From an uncultured Chloroflexia bacterium (GTDB lineage Bacteria > Chloroflexota > Limnocylindria > Limnocylindrales > CSP1-4): a stretch of 64,000 nt of DNA. Numbering within the stretch: the first letter of the stretch is position 1; each line of letters begins with the position of its first letter. The stretch spans positions 23,557 to 87,556 of the forward strand of contig CAVYUR010000002.1 in the NCBI GenBank assembly GCA_963771795.1, in the 5' to 3' direction. The notes below the pieces were generated by a model. It worked only from the letters and a program-made list of their open reading frames with translations. It was not told the DNA's origin and made no database searches. A program made the position numbers and the translations under genes. This document shows positions 16,597 to 26,510 of this stretch, in pieces.

Positions 16597-18207
16597 GTGG
16601 CCAAGGTGACGATGCCCCAGCTCGGCGAGAGCGTCGCCGAGGGGACGATCGGCAAGTGGCTGAAGCAACCCGGTGACACCGTCGAGAAGTACGAACCACT
16701 CGTCGAGGTGATCACCGACAAGGTCAACGCCGAGGTTCCCTCGCCGTTTGCCGGTGTGCTCAAGGAGATCCTCGCCGAGGAAGGTGCGACCGTCCCGAAC
16801 AACGCCGAGATCGCGGTCATCGAGACCGCCGACGAGAGCAACGGGACGAGTGCCGCCGCCGAGGCCGCACCCGCGGCAGAAGCCTCGCCCGCAGCGGCGG
16901 AAGCAGCGCCGCCGGCCGAAGAGCCCGCCGCAGCCGCGGAAGCCCCGGCAGCCGCCGCCACGGCCGCCCCGGACGAGGCGGGCAACGGTCCGGCCGGCTC
17001 CGACGAGCGCCCAGCGGCCGAAGCCCCGACGATAGCCGCACCGGCGCCAGCCGCACCGGCGCCAGCCGAACCCGCCGCGGCTCCGACCGCCGTCGCGAGC
17101 GCGGTCGCGGCGCCACCCAGCGCGACCGATAGCAACGGGCCGGGGAACCCGGACGCCCGCATGACGCCCGCCGTCCGACGTCTTCTGCGCGAGCACGGCC
17201 TGACGGCCGCGCAGATCGTCGGAACGGGCGGCGGCGGACGCATCACCCGCGACGACGTGACGAACTACGTGGAGTCGCAGCGAACAGGAAAGCCCGTCGG
17301 CGGCCAGGCGGTCGCCGGCACAGCGGAAGCACCTCCGGCGCCTGCGGCCGCGCCCGCTGCCGCCGCACCCGCCGCAACCACAGCTGCGGCTCCAGCCGCT
17401 CCCGCGGCCCCGACCGCCGCACCGGCGCCGGCGCCAACGGGCCCCACGCCTGCCCGGGTCGCCGCCTCAGGCGGCACGTCGATCAACTTCCCCGATGGCG
17501 TCGACGAGTACCTCGTTCCGCTGACCCAGATGCGGAAGGGCATCGCGGCCCAGATGACGCGGGCGCTCCAGGCGCCGCACGCCTACGTCCAGATGGAAGT
17601 CGACGTGACTCGCCTCGTCGCCTTCCGAGAGAAGGCCAAGCGCGAGTACCAGGCTCGCGAGGGGATCGGCCTCAGCTTCGTCCCGTTCGTGGTCAAGGCG
17701 TCGGCGGAGGCGCTCAAGCGCAACCCAACGTTCAACGCCACCTGGACCGACCAGGGTCTCGTCGCCAAGCGCCGCGTCAACATCGGCGTGGCGGTGGCGG
17801 TGGACGACGGCCTCATCGTCCCGGTGATCCGCGATGCGGACCAGCTGTCGATTCACGGGCTCAACGTCGCGATCGCGGACGTGGCGGCTCGCGCCAAGGC
17901 CGGCAAGTTCAAGGTCGACGACTTCGGCGGCGGAACGTTCACCGTCGACAACACGGGCTATCTCGGGACGAACCTCGTGATGCCGATCCTCAACGTCCCG
18001 GAGGTCGGGATCGTGACGATGGAGGCGATCACCAAGCGCCCCGTCGTCGTCTCGACGCCTGATGGCGACGTGATCGCGATTCGGCCGGTGATGAACATGG
18101 TCCTTGGCGTCGACCACCGAGCGAACGATGGCGCCGGCGGCGCAGCCCTCCTCCGCGACATCAAGGCATGGCTCGAATCAGTTGGCCCGGACACGCCGAT
18201 CTACTGA
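16597..18207 (+). CDS. bkdB: Dihydrolipoamide acyltransferase (E2)
   Basis: Lipoyl domain MPQLGESVAEG...TDKV, E3-binding MTPAVRRL..EHGL, catalytic DHRANDG. GGAGG SD. Confidence 0.85.
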   Translation: MAKVTMPQLGESVAEGTIGKWLKQPGDTVEKYEPLVEVITDKVNAEVPSPFAGVLKEILAEEGATVPNNAEIAVIETADESNGTSAAAEAAPAAEASPAAAEAAPPAEEPAAAAEAPAAAATAAPDEAGNGPAGSDERPAAEAPTIAAPAPAAPAPAEPAAAPTAVASAVAAPPSATDSNGPGNPDARMTPAVRRLLREHGLTAAQIVGTGGGGRITRDDVTNYVESQRTGKPVGGQAVAGTAEAPPAPAAAPAAAAPAATTAAAPAAPAAPTAAPAPAPTGPTPARVAASGGTSINFPDGVDEYLVPLTQMRKGIAAQMTRALQAPHAYVQMEVDVTRLVAFREKAKREYQAREGIGLSFVPFVVKASAEALKRNPTFNATWTDQGLVAKRRVNIGVAVAVDDGLIVPVIRDADQLSIHGLNVAIADVAARAKAGKFKVDDFGGGTFTVDNTGYLGTNLVMPILNVPEVGIVTMEAITKRPVVVSTPDGDVIAIRPVMNMVLGVDHRANDGAGGAALLRDIKAWLESVGPDTPIY

Positions 18208-19198
18208 GCCGTCCCAGAAGCGGATCGCCGTCACCGGCGGAGCCGGGTTCGTCGGTCGGGGAGTCGTCCGCGGGCTGAGTGATCGTGGTGACACGGTCGT
18301 CGCCCTGGTCCGTGACCCGAAGAAGGCGCCACCGGACCTCGCTGGTCCCGGCGTCGAGCTCGTCGCGAGCGATCTGTCCGACGTCGAGGAGCTCGCGGAG
18401 CAACTGCGCGACGTGGACGGCGCAATTCACGTCGCCGGCAGCTACCGGGTCGGCATCCGGAAGGACGAGCGTGGCGCGATGTGGGATGCCAATGTCGGGA
18501 CCACGACGCGAATCCTCGATGCCGTCGAGGCTACAAGAGTGCCGCGCATCGTCTACGTCTCGACCGCGAACGTCTTCGGCAACACCCGTCGCGTGGTCGT
18601 CGACGAGACGTACAAGCGCGACCTCGCCGGGGGCTTCCTTAGCTGGTACGACGAGACCAAGTACGGAGCCCACGAGGTCGCAGAGCAGCGAATTGCGGCC
18701 GGCGCGCCCGTCGTGATCGTCATGCCGAGCCAGGTCTATGGGCCCGGCGATCACACGGCAGTCGGGGAGCAGCTGCGACTGGCCTACGAGGGTCGCCTCC
18801 GATATCGGGCTGCCGACGACGTCGGGCTCGGCTTCGTCCACGTCGACGATCTGGCGGCCGGGATCATCGCGGCGCTGGACCGCGGCGTCGTCGGCCAGTC
18901 CTATGTGCTTTCCGGGCCGACGACAACGCTTCGAGACGCGACCGAGATAGCCGCCCGGATCGGCGGGCACACGCTGCCGCGACTCCGGATCTCATCCGGC
19001 GTCCTCCGCGCCATGGCGCCTCTTGGGCGCCTCGTTGGCCAGCCGAACCTGCGTGAGGTTGTCTCGGCATCGGCCGGCGTCACCTACTGGGCATCGGCCG
19101 CGAAGGCCGTCGCTGAGCTCGGCTTCGCGCCGCGCGATGTCGAACAGGGCCTGCGCGACACCTTCACAAGCCGCGACGCGGCCGAACCATCGCCCTGA
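18182..19198 (+). CDS. NAD-dependent epimerase/dehydratase (extended SDR); start uncertain
   Basis: KRIAVTGGAGFVG, YxxxK (YDETK). No ATG lies near the expected start: either TTG 18182 or a lost T in CCCA(T)GAAGCGG near 18216. Confidence 0.75.
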   Translation: MARTRRSTEPSQKRIAVTGGAGFVGRGVVRGLSDRGDTVVALVRDPKKAPPDLAGPGVELVASDLSDVEELAEQLRDVDGAIHVAGSYRVGIRKDERGAMWDANVGTTTRILDAVEATRVPRIVYVSTANVFGNTRRVVVDETYKRDLAGGFLSWYDETKYGAHEVAEQRIAAGAPVVIVMPSQVYGPGDHTAVGEQLRLAYEGRLRYRAADDVGLGFVHVDDLAAGIIAALDRGVVGQSYVLSGPTTTLRDATEIAARIGGHTLPRLRISSGVLRAMAPLGRLVGQPNLREVVSASAGVTYWASAAKAVAELGFAPRDVEQGLRDTFTSRDAAEPSP

Positions 19199-19635
19199 TG
19201 GTCGGCCGCCTGGCCCTTACCGTCTGTGCGGCAATCTTGGCATCGGGCGGGTGCGGTCGGATCCTCCCGGGAGATGAGGTCCTTTCGGTCGTAAGAACCG
19301 ATGGGGACCTGCGCGTTCGGGTGGCTGGCTGGGCGAGGTCCGGGGCCGAAGTCTTCCTCTGTCCCAACCCGATCGTGATCCCTGACGACCGACAGAATGT
19401 CGGAGCGCTAGTCCTGGCCGCGGGCTGCATCATCGTCGGGCAAGTCGGTGCGGACTCGGACAATTCGGAGGTTGCCGTTCGTTTCGACGAGCTCCTCCCT
19501 CTTGAGCAGTCGCAACTTGATCGCCGGGCAACATGGTCGGTCGTGGTCCTCCAAGTCCCAGAGCCAACGAATCACCCGCCGGAGTCCATCCAGCAGGAGA
19601 TCCCGGGTGGACCCATCAGCCCGCCACCAGCGTGA
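19198..19635 (+). CDS. Hypothetical exported protein or lipoprotein
   Basis: TGATG overlap with the upstream gene and a hydrophobic N-terminus ending in Cys. No family recognised. Confidence 0.5.
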   Translation: MVGRLALTVCAAILASGGCGRILPGDEVLSVVRTDGDLRVRVAGWARSGAEVFLCPNPIVIPDDRQNVGALVLAAGCIIVGQVGADSDNSEVAVRFDELLPLEQSQLDRRATWSVVVLQVPEPTNHPPESIQQEIPGGPISPPPA

Positions 19636-19658
19636 ACGATCCGACGTAGACTCCCGGC

Positions 19659-20687
19659 ATGTCCCGCGAGCTCCCGATCTTTAGTCCTTCGGGTCCAGCC
19701 CACCACGGCTCTTCCGCGCCTGAGACCATCGCGATGGGCGGCTCGGTCACGCCGCTGCGGAGGCATCCCGACTGGATCCGCTCGCGACTGCCGTCCGGCG
19801 AGAACTACCACGACCTCAAGGGCCTGATGCGCGGCCTCAATCTCAACACGGTCTGCGAAGAGGCGCACTGCCCGAACATCGGCGAGTGCTGGGACCAGCG
19901 GACCGCGACGATCATGATTCTCGGCGACACGTGCACGCGGGCCTGCGGCTTCTGCGCCGTCAAGACGGGCCGACCGACCTGGTTCGACGACGACGAGCCG
20001 CGCCGGGTCGCCGAAGCAGTCGGGGCCATGCACCTCGAGCATGTCGTCGTAACGAGCGTCGCCCGGGACGACCTGCCCGACGGTGGATCCAGGATCTTCG
20101 CCGAGACGATCCTCGCGATGCGCGATACGAGCCCCGGGATGGGGATCGAGGTCCTGATCCCGGACTTCGACGGCTCCGACGATCGGCTGCGGACCGTGAT
20201 GGACGCCCGGCCCGACATCCTCAACCACAACCTCGAGACCGTGAAGCGGCTCCAGAAGCCGGTCCGCAAACGAGCCCGATGGGATCGCAGCCTGTACGTC
20301 CTGCGACGGGCGAAGGAGATGTCGGTCGAGATCGGCTACCCGGCCCACACGAAGTCGAGCCTGATGGTCGGCCTGGGCGAGGCACGCGACGAGCTCACGG
20401 AGGCGTTCGAGGCACTGCGCGAGGTCGACGTTGACATCCTCACGATCGGCCAGTACCTGCGGCCTTCGGAAAAGCACCTGCCACTTGAGCGCTACTACCA
20501 TCCCGACGAATTCGCTGAGATGAAGCTCGAGGCGCTCGGGCTCGGGTTCAAGCACGTCGAGTCCGCGCCGCTCGTCCGGTCCAGCTATCACGCCCGCGAC
20601 CAGGTCCCGGGCGCGGAGCTGCGGGCGCTCCGCCGCCGCCAGGCCACACTCGACTCCGACGGCCGCGTCGTTCCGGCAGCCAGCTGA
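19659..20687 (+). CDS. lipA: Lipoyl synthase
   Basis: [21 protein letters not shown] radical SAM motif, VRSSYHA. Leaderless TAGACT -10 at 19647. Confidence 0.95.
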   Translation: MSRELPIFSPSGPAHHGSSAPETIAMGGSVTPLRRHPDWIRSRLPSGENYHDLKGLMRGLNLNTVCEEAHCPNIGECWDQRTATIMILGDTCTRACGFCAVKTGRPTWFDDDEPRRVAEAVGAMHLEHVVVTSVARDDLPDGGSRIFAETILAMRDTSPGMGIEVLIPDFDGSDDRLRTVMDARPDILNHNLETVKRLQKPVRKRARWDRSLYVLRRAKEMSVEIGYPAHTKSSLMVGLGEARDELTEAFEALREVDVDILTIGQYLRPSEKHLPLERYYHPDEFAEMKLEALGLGFKHVESAPLVRSSYHARDQVPGAELRALRRRQATLDSDGRVVPAAS

Positions 20688-20718
20688 TCAGGCCCCGGCA
20701 GCTGCCCGGGCGGACGAC

Positions 20719-21474
20719 ATGAATCCGGACCCCGACGCCACCGAGCTCTTCGTCGAGCGAGTCCGGGTGACGGGGCGGCGTCCGATCGTCTCGGCGGTGA
20801 TCGTTGGCGCGGCGGTCGTGTCGTTGATCGGCCTCGCCATCCTGAAGCCATGGGTACCGCCGCCGGACTTGCGCGCCGACGGAGTTTCGACTTCGGGGTC
20901 AACAATCGCGCCGTCGTTCGGAAATGCAGCCCCGTCGCGGGCACCGACCAGCGCCACGCCTCGACCCATCGTCCAGGCGACGCCGCTGCCGTTTCTCCCA
21001 CGTGCCGCCGAACTCCTCGGGACCGCGGCGCGGCACGATGACTGGGGCATCCGTGCGGTCGTCGTGCCGGCCGTGACGATGCGATTCGATGTGAATGGGC
21101 CAGTCCTCGCCGAGCGCTGGATGTCAATCGACGTCGCCCACGGCGCGGCATGGAACCTGGCACGGGAAGGCGCGGCGGAGAGCTCGGGCGATGCCGTACT
21201 GGCGATTGGTGCAACGACGCCCGCCGAGGTCACTCCACTCGGCGTCCGGTTCTGGCGGCTCGACGACGTGTCCGGACCGCGCGAGATCGAGCCAGTGCTG
21301 CTCCAGAGCCCCGATCAACAAACGCAGTTATGGCTGCCAGACCCTGCCAACTCGACGCGGATCGGCACGTGGCCGCCCGGGTCCTACAGGATCGATGTGA
21401 CGGATGGGGAGCGGGTCGTCCGGCTCGTGATCATCGTCCGAGGCGAGCCTTCGGCTGACCGCCCCTCGAACTGA
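20719..21474 (+). CDS. Hypothetical single-TM membrane-anchored protein
   Basis: One TM helix (IVSAVIVGAAVVSLIGLAIL), Ser/Thr/Pro linker, beta-rich C-terminal domain (WPPGSYRIDV). Confidence 0.6.
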   Translation: MNPDPDATELFVERVRVTGRRPIVSAVIVGAAVVSLIGLAILKPWVPPPDLRADGVSTSGSTIAPSFGNAAPSRAPTSATPRPIVQATPLPFLPRAAELLGTAARHDDWGIRAVVVPAVTMRFDVNGPVLAERWMSIDVAHGAAWNLAREGAAESSGDAVLAIGATTPAEVTPLGVRFWRLDDVSGPREIEPVLLQSPDQQTQLWLPDPANSTRIGTWPPGSYRIDVTDGERVVRLVIIVRGEPSADRPSN

Positions 21475-21575
21475 GGCCTTGAATCGCCGTCGGCCGAGCC
21501 ACATAATCCCGCGACCGGGCTGGACCCATCGCTTCGTGACTGCGCCCGGGGCGATGACAGCGTGAGAGTGCGGCC

Positions 21576-23259
21576 TTGCAAATCGTGGCCCTCGCACCGC
21601 CCGGTCAATTCCCGACGACCATCGCAGACCTGCCCTGGTGGGGCAGCCTCGCGGCGTCCGGCCACGACCTCGAGCGGCCGTCGGTCAACGCCCGGTGGTG
21701 GCGCGACCTGGCGTCGCCGGACGGGGCGCGGACGCTAAGGGCGACATCAGGCAAGATCCCGGACCTGGCGACCAACGCCGGCGCCGCTCTCCAACTGCTG
21801 CAGACGGCCGAGACGTTCGCCAGCCGCGACCGCTATCGATCGGCGGTCGGCGCCATCGGTCGCCTTCTCGACCAAATCAACGACGATCAGCCGGATCTCC
21901 GGCTGTCCTTTGCGGCCGGTGCGCGTGTTCGAGGGCTCGATTGCGAGGATAGTCGCGCGATCGTCCGGTACGCCGGCCGCGCTACTCAGCTGTCGGCGTC
22001 AGTCGAGCGAGCCCTGCGCGTCGTCGGTCCGGAGCCCGACATTGCCATCGTCTCTGTGACGAGCACGGAGGAGCTCCTCACGGCCTTCATCGCGGTGCGT
22101 CTCCTGAAGGAACGGTCACCCAGGCTGTTCGCGGTCCTCGCCGATCACAGCTTCGGAAGCTTTTCACTTACGCCCCATGTCGATGCGCTCGCTCGCTCTG
22201 GCGCAGTCGCCACATGGTTCGACGCCATGATCGTCACGCCCGGCGATCGCGATGCGCTCGTCCCGGCGATCGTTCGCGAGCTTGAGCAGGGCAAGCGACC
22301 CACGGGCTTCCTCCGGCTCGGCGACCTGCCGGACGTCGAGGCGAGCGCGGCCGGCAGCTCTGCCCCGCCGCCGACGGATACCTTCGCGCCGGCGCCGGTG
22401 GCCCGGCTCCGACTGAGTGGCGGTCGCTGCTACTGGGATCGCTGCACGTTCTGTGTCCAGGCGGAGAGCCTGTCGGACCGGCCGCCGTCGCTGGCTGACG
22501 TTCCTACCGCGGTCGAGCGTCTCGAACGGTTCGTGGCCGCCGGGTACCGCCATGCCATCTTCGCCGACGAGGCGCTCGCCCCGGCGTTCCTGGCGCGCCT
22601 GTGCGAGGCCCTGGAGGAACGTGCTCTGCCGATCGAATGGGCATGCCGCTCGAAGATCGAACGGGCCTTCACACCGGAACTGTTCAGGGCGATGGCCAAA
22701 ATCGGCTGCACCGAGGTCCTGTTCGGGCTCGAGTCCGTCGTTCCGCGCGTGCTGCGGCTCATGGACAAGGAGACTCCGGGACTCGACGCGGACGGAATCG
22801 CTCGAAATCTGCAGTGACGCCGCCGCATCCGGCATCGGCGTCCACATGAACCTGATTGCCGGGTTCCCGGGGGAGCGACCGGCCGAATTGGAAGCCTCGG
22901 TGGCGTTCGTCGAGCGCCGCCTGGCCACCCTGCCGAACGCGACCTTCTCCCTGACGCCGTTCATGCTGTTCAACGAGGCCCCGATCGCCGCCGATCCGAC
23001 GGCCCCGCTGACATCGCCGTCGGCCGCCGGCGACATGCCATTCATTCGTCGCCACTCGGGGGCGGAAGCGTGGGAGGGCGACCGCCGTCGCATCCTCGCA
23101 GCGTTGCCGCGCCTCGAACGCCGGCTGCGCGCGGCTGGAGGGTGGGGCGACGATTTGGCCTCGCGCCTTGCATGTGATTTGCTCTCCGAAACGGGACACG
23201 CGCTCATCTTCAAGTCGGCGGCTCGTGGGCCGGGATCGCCACGCTGGAGGGCGGCGTGA
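21576..23259 (+). CDS. Radical SAM protein (class B / B12-binding-like architecture); apparent +1 frameshift near 22805
   Basis: RCYWDRCTFC (Cx4Cx2C), FADEAL, WACRSK, FGLES..PRVLRLMDK. The C-terminus GIGVHMNLIAGFPGE continues in the 22417-23259 frame. TTG start uncertain. Confidence 0.75.
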
Positions 23260-23750
23260 CGACGCGCTCACTTGCGACATCGAGCCGATGGATCGGCAGC
23301 GCCGTGCTCTTCCCAGTCGCTGCGGTCGTACTGGTTGCCGCGTTCTGGGCCGAGTTCGGGCAGCAATTGCTCGGGCTGGCCGGCCTCGCCTGCGCGGCGT
23401 GCGCCGATCCCAGCAACGGCATCGACCCGGCGGGGGCGGCAGCCGGGGCTGCGGCGGCGGGAACCGTGGCGGGCGGCGCGGCGGCTGGAGGCGGCACGAC
23501 GGGAACCGATGGCGCCGATGACGCATCAGGTCGCGAACCATGGACCCCAAGGCCGACCCGGGATGCTCGCCTTCCCGACCCAACCGATGACTCAGGTGAT
23601 CAAACCCCGTGGGAGTCGCTCCCACCAAGGCCCCCAGATGCCTGGTATGAGGATCGGAGGCTGATCGAGGCCACGGAGCAGTTGCAGAAGTGGGCCGAAG
23701 GATGGATCGGAGTCGACCGAAAGGGCACCGCCCCGGCGTCCAAAGCGTGA
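23256..23750 (+). CDS. Membrane-anchored CAAC-motif protein, paralogue A (candidate RiPP-like precursor)
   Basis: GTGA overlap with the rSAM stop. TM helix, LLGLAGLACAACADPSNGID, Gly/Ala-rich tract, C-terminal KGTAPAS. Confidence 0.75.
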   Translation: MTTRSLATSSRWIGSAVLFPVAAVVLVAAFWAEFGQQLLGLAGLACAACADPSNGIDPAGAAAGAAAAGTVAGGAAAGGGTTGTDGADDASGREPWTPRPTRDARLPDPTDDSGDQTPWESLPPRPPDAWYEDRRLIEATEQLQKWAEGWIGVDRKGTAPASKA

Positions 23751-23763
23751 GGGAGAGGAAGCG

Positions 23764-24276
23764 ATGACTGTCTCGTCAGTCATGTGGAGCCGCTCGCGGA
23801 TCGGCCTCTGGGTGCTGATTCCGTCTGTGGCAGCAGTTCTCACGGTCGTGGCTCAGGCCGCGGTCGGACAGGACCTGCTCGGCCTCGCGGGCCTCGCATG
23901 CGCGGCCTGTGCCGATCCGAGCAACGGCATCGACACGATCGGAGCGGTCGGTGGGCTATTCGGCGCTGGAACGGCGGCGGGCGGTGCGGCAGCCGGGGGC
24001 GGGACCGGGACCGGCGAAACAGGCGGCGTCGGGGTCGACCGAGACGGCCGGACCGTGTGGTATCCGACCGGCCCCGAGAGCTTTCCCGATGAGCAGTCCC
24101 GCCGGAACTGGTTCGACCAGCACTTCGGACCGGGGCCGGGGCCGGTGCACCAGACGATCATCGACACGACGATTCGCGTGGGAGAACAGGTGGAAAAGTG
24201 GGTACAGGAATGGGTCGATCCGGACAAACGATGGCTCTTCGACGAAAAGGGCACAGCGCCGGCGTCGTTGTCATGA
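23764..24276 (+). CDS. Membrane-anchored CAAC-motif protein, paralogue B (candidate RiPP-like precursor)
   Basis: GGAGAGGA SD. The same 20-aa motif starts at the same residue (38). Gly/Ala tract, C-terminal KGTAPAS. Confidence 0.75.
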   Translation: MTVSSVMWSRSRIGLWVLIPSVAAVLTVVAQAAVGQDLLGLAGLACAACADPSNGIDTIGAVGGLFGAGTAAGGAAAGGGTGTGETGGVGVDRDGRTVWYPTGPESFPDEQSRRNWFDQHFGPGPGPVHQTIIDTTIRVGEQVEKWVQEWVDPDKRWLFDEKGTAPASLS

Positions 24277-24295
24277 CAATGAGTGAGGCGACGCG

Positions 24296-25463
24296 ATGAC
24301 TGCTCCGGCGATTGCAGCACCGACCCGGCGTGGAATCCCGACCCTGCTCCTCACTGGCGGCCTCATCGCGGCCATCGTCGTGTTCCTGTGGCAGCTCGCC
24401 CTGGTTCTCGCGCGGAGGCGGCGAGGCGTTCCTTATCAACCTCTGGTATCACGGCTATGTCTTCGTCTGGCTCCTGGTCATCACGGCCCTCGGGCGAACC
24501 CTCCCCCTCAGAGTCCTGGCCGCGGCGTTCTTCTTCGGGCTGTTCCTGTCCGTTGCCGTCGCGCTGGCGATCGGAGCCCCGCTCGCCGATGCTCTCGGGT
24601 CCAGCAGCCGGCTCTTCGACTCGGTCCTCATCCCGGGGCTCGAAGAAATCAGCAAGGGCCTGCCGATTCTGGCGTACTTCTGGATCCTGACCCGGCGGGG
24701 GACGTGGCAGCCGTCGATGACGGACGGATTGATGCTCGGCTTCCTCGTCGGGGCAGGTTTCGCGATCTACGAAGACGCCCTGTTCGACCGGAGCTTCGGG
24801 AGCGACTTCGGCATCGCGGACCTGACCGTCATCTTCCCGACCGTCGACGACCATCGCCTCATCGGCGAGGGCCGGAGCTTCGGCTTCTACCACGCCCAGT
24901 GGTCGGCCCTGATCGGCCTGGCGATCGGTGCCGCCTTCTTCTTTCGAGCGCGCTTCCGGCTCGCGTGGCTCTTCCCGATCGTTGCCCTGGCAGTCGTCTG
25001 GCTCGATCACGGGCGCGTGAATTACGTCGCCGGAGAGCTCGGCATTGCCGTTCGCAGCAGCCCGACCTCAGACGTGCTCGGATCGCTGACGCTCGGTGGT
25101 CGACTGCCCGTCTACCTGCTCATTGCCGGGATCATCGCCGCTGTCGTAACGGAGATCGTCGTTCGCCGCCGCATGGCTAGGCGGGACTACTTGTTCAAGG
25201 GCATCTCGCTGCCGACCCTTCTGACATGGCTCCGGTCGGGCGGTGTCGCCGGATTGCGGCGCGTCCAGGCGGGTCGCGAATACATTCGAGCGCGTCGCGC
25301 CGTCCACTACGCGCTGTGGCACTCGGCTCCGGGAGCGCTCGATTCGGGTCGGGTCTCGCGGATGGGCAGGATGCTTGTCGTCTTGGGCATGCGCGCCGGC
25401 ATGACGTTCCCGGAGCCCGGCGGCGTTCAGGGCCCGGCGCCACCACCGGCTCCTGCGGTGTGA
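24296..25463 (+). CDS. prsW: PrsW-family intramembrane metalloprotease; apparent +1 frameshift near 24400
   Basis: PGLEEISKG, GAGFAIYED, HAQWSALIG, WLDH motifs. The N-terminal TM (MTAPAIAAP...VFLWQL) is in the 24296 frame. Confidence 0.75.
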
Positions 25464-25479
25464 TTCCGACCGCCCGACT

Positions 25480-25498
25480 AGAACGTATGTTCTATACT
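25480..25498 (+). promoter_or_regulatory. LexA (Cheo-type) SOS box overlapping a TATACT -10 of a leaderless gene
   Basis: AGAAC-GTAT-GTTCT at 25480-25493, TATACT at 25493-25498, ATG 7 nt later. Confidence 0.8.
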
Positions 25499-25505
25499 GC
25501 CTCGT

Positions 25506-26510
25506 ATGGACGTCGCGTATCGCGAGGAGCCTTGCCGCTCGGCGCTGAACCGCGTGAGGGGCATGATGTTCGGCTGGTCGCTCAACCCGTACATGGGCTG
25601 CGCCCACCGCTGCACCTTCTGTTACGTCCGGAATTTCGAGCGGCGCGCCGATCGGCCCTCTGACGACCGATACGGCCGATCGATCCGGGTCAAGGTCAAC
25701 GTCGTCGAGGTGCTTCGCCGGGAGCTCGCTAGGCCGCGCTGGAAGCACGAAGTCGTCGCAATCGGAGCCGCGACGGACCCATACCAGCCGGCGGAGGGCA
25801 GGTACCGGCTGACGCGCGGCTGCATCGAGGCGCTCGCCGAGGCCCGCAACCCGCTCTCGATCATCACCCGCGGCCCGATGGTCATCCGCGACATCGACGT
25901 CCTCGTGGAAGCCTCGCGACGTGCGAAGACATCGGTCACGTTCTCCGTCCCCACGCTCGATCACGAGATCTGGCGAACGACGGAACCGGGCACGCCGCCA
26001 CCCCGGCAACGGCTTCGGGCGCTGAGCCGCCTGGTGGACGCGGGCATCGACGCCAGCGTCGGGATGGCCCCGATCCTGCCAGGTCTATCGGACCGGCCTG
26101 AGCTGATGGCGGACGTCGTCAAGGCCGCCCGCGATGCCGGTGCGACGTCGATCTGGACGAACGTGCTGTACCTCCGGCCCGGAACGCGCGAGCACTTCCT
26201 TGAGAACCTCGCTCGCGACTGGCCGGAGCTCGTGCCACGTTATGAGCGCCAGTACGCCGGTCGCGCCTACCTGCCGAAGAGCCAGGTCGAGACGGTTCGG
26301 CGCGAGGTCGCGGACCTTCGCCATCGGTTCGACATCGCCGATCGTCGCCAGGTCAGGCTCATGCCGGCGCCCGCGCCTGATCCGAACGAGCAGCTCCAAC
26401 TGGGCCTCGGCGCCGCCGTACCTGGCCAAATGTCCACCCGCAGAACGTTCGGGAAGCTGGGTGGTGCCGTCGGCGCTCTGGATGGCGATTCGTTAGCCGC
26501 TACAGGGTGA
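25506..26510 (+). CDS. SplB-like DNA-repair radical SAM protein (Rv2578c/PA0069-like family)
   Basis: SLNPYMGCAHRCTFCYVR, GAATDPYQPAEGRYRLTR, EPGTPPP..RL, MAPILPGLSD. Confidence 0.85.
   Translation: MDVAYREEPCRSALNRVRGMMFGWSLNPYMGCAHRCTFCYVRNFERRADRPSDDRYGRSIRVKVNVVEVLRRELARPRWKHEVVAIGAATDPYQPAEGRYRLTRGCIEALAEARNPLSIITRGPMVIRDIDVLVEASRRAKTSVTFSVPTLDHEIWRTTEPGTPPPRQRLRALSRLVDAGIDASVGMAPILPGLSDRPELMADVVKAARDAGATSIWTNVLYLRPGTREHFLENLARDWPELVPRYERQYAGRAYLPKSQVETVRREVADLRHRFDIADRRQVRLMPAPAPDPNEQLQLGLGAAVPGQMSTRRTFGKLGGAVGALDGDSLAATG

Noticed and set aside
16840-17460. Ala/Pro-rich repeats in E2
   Set aside because: Ordinary flexible linkers of 2-oxoacid dehydrogenase E2 subunits.
23367-23934. 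Lipoprotein lipobox in LAGLAC of the CAAC peptides
   Set aside because: The -3 residue is Gly or Cys rather than L/V/I, and the Cys lies about 45 residues from the start, beyond a normal signal peptide II.
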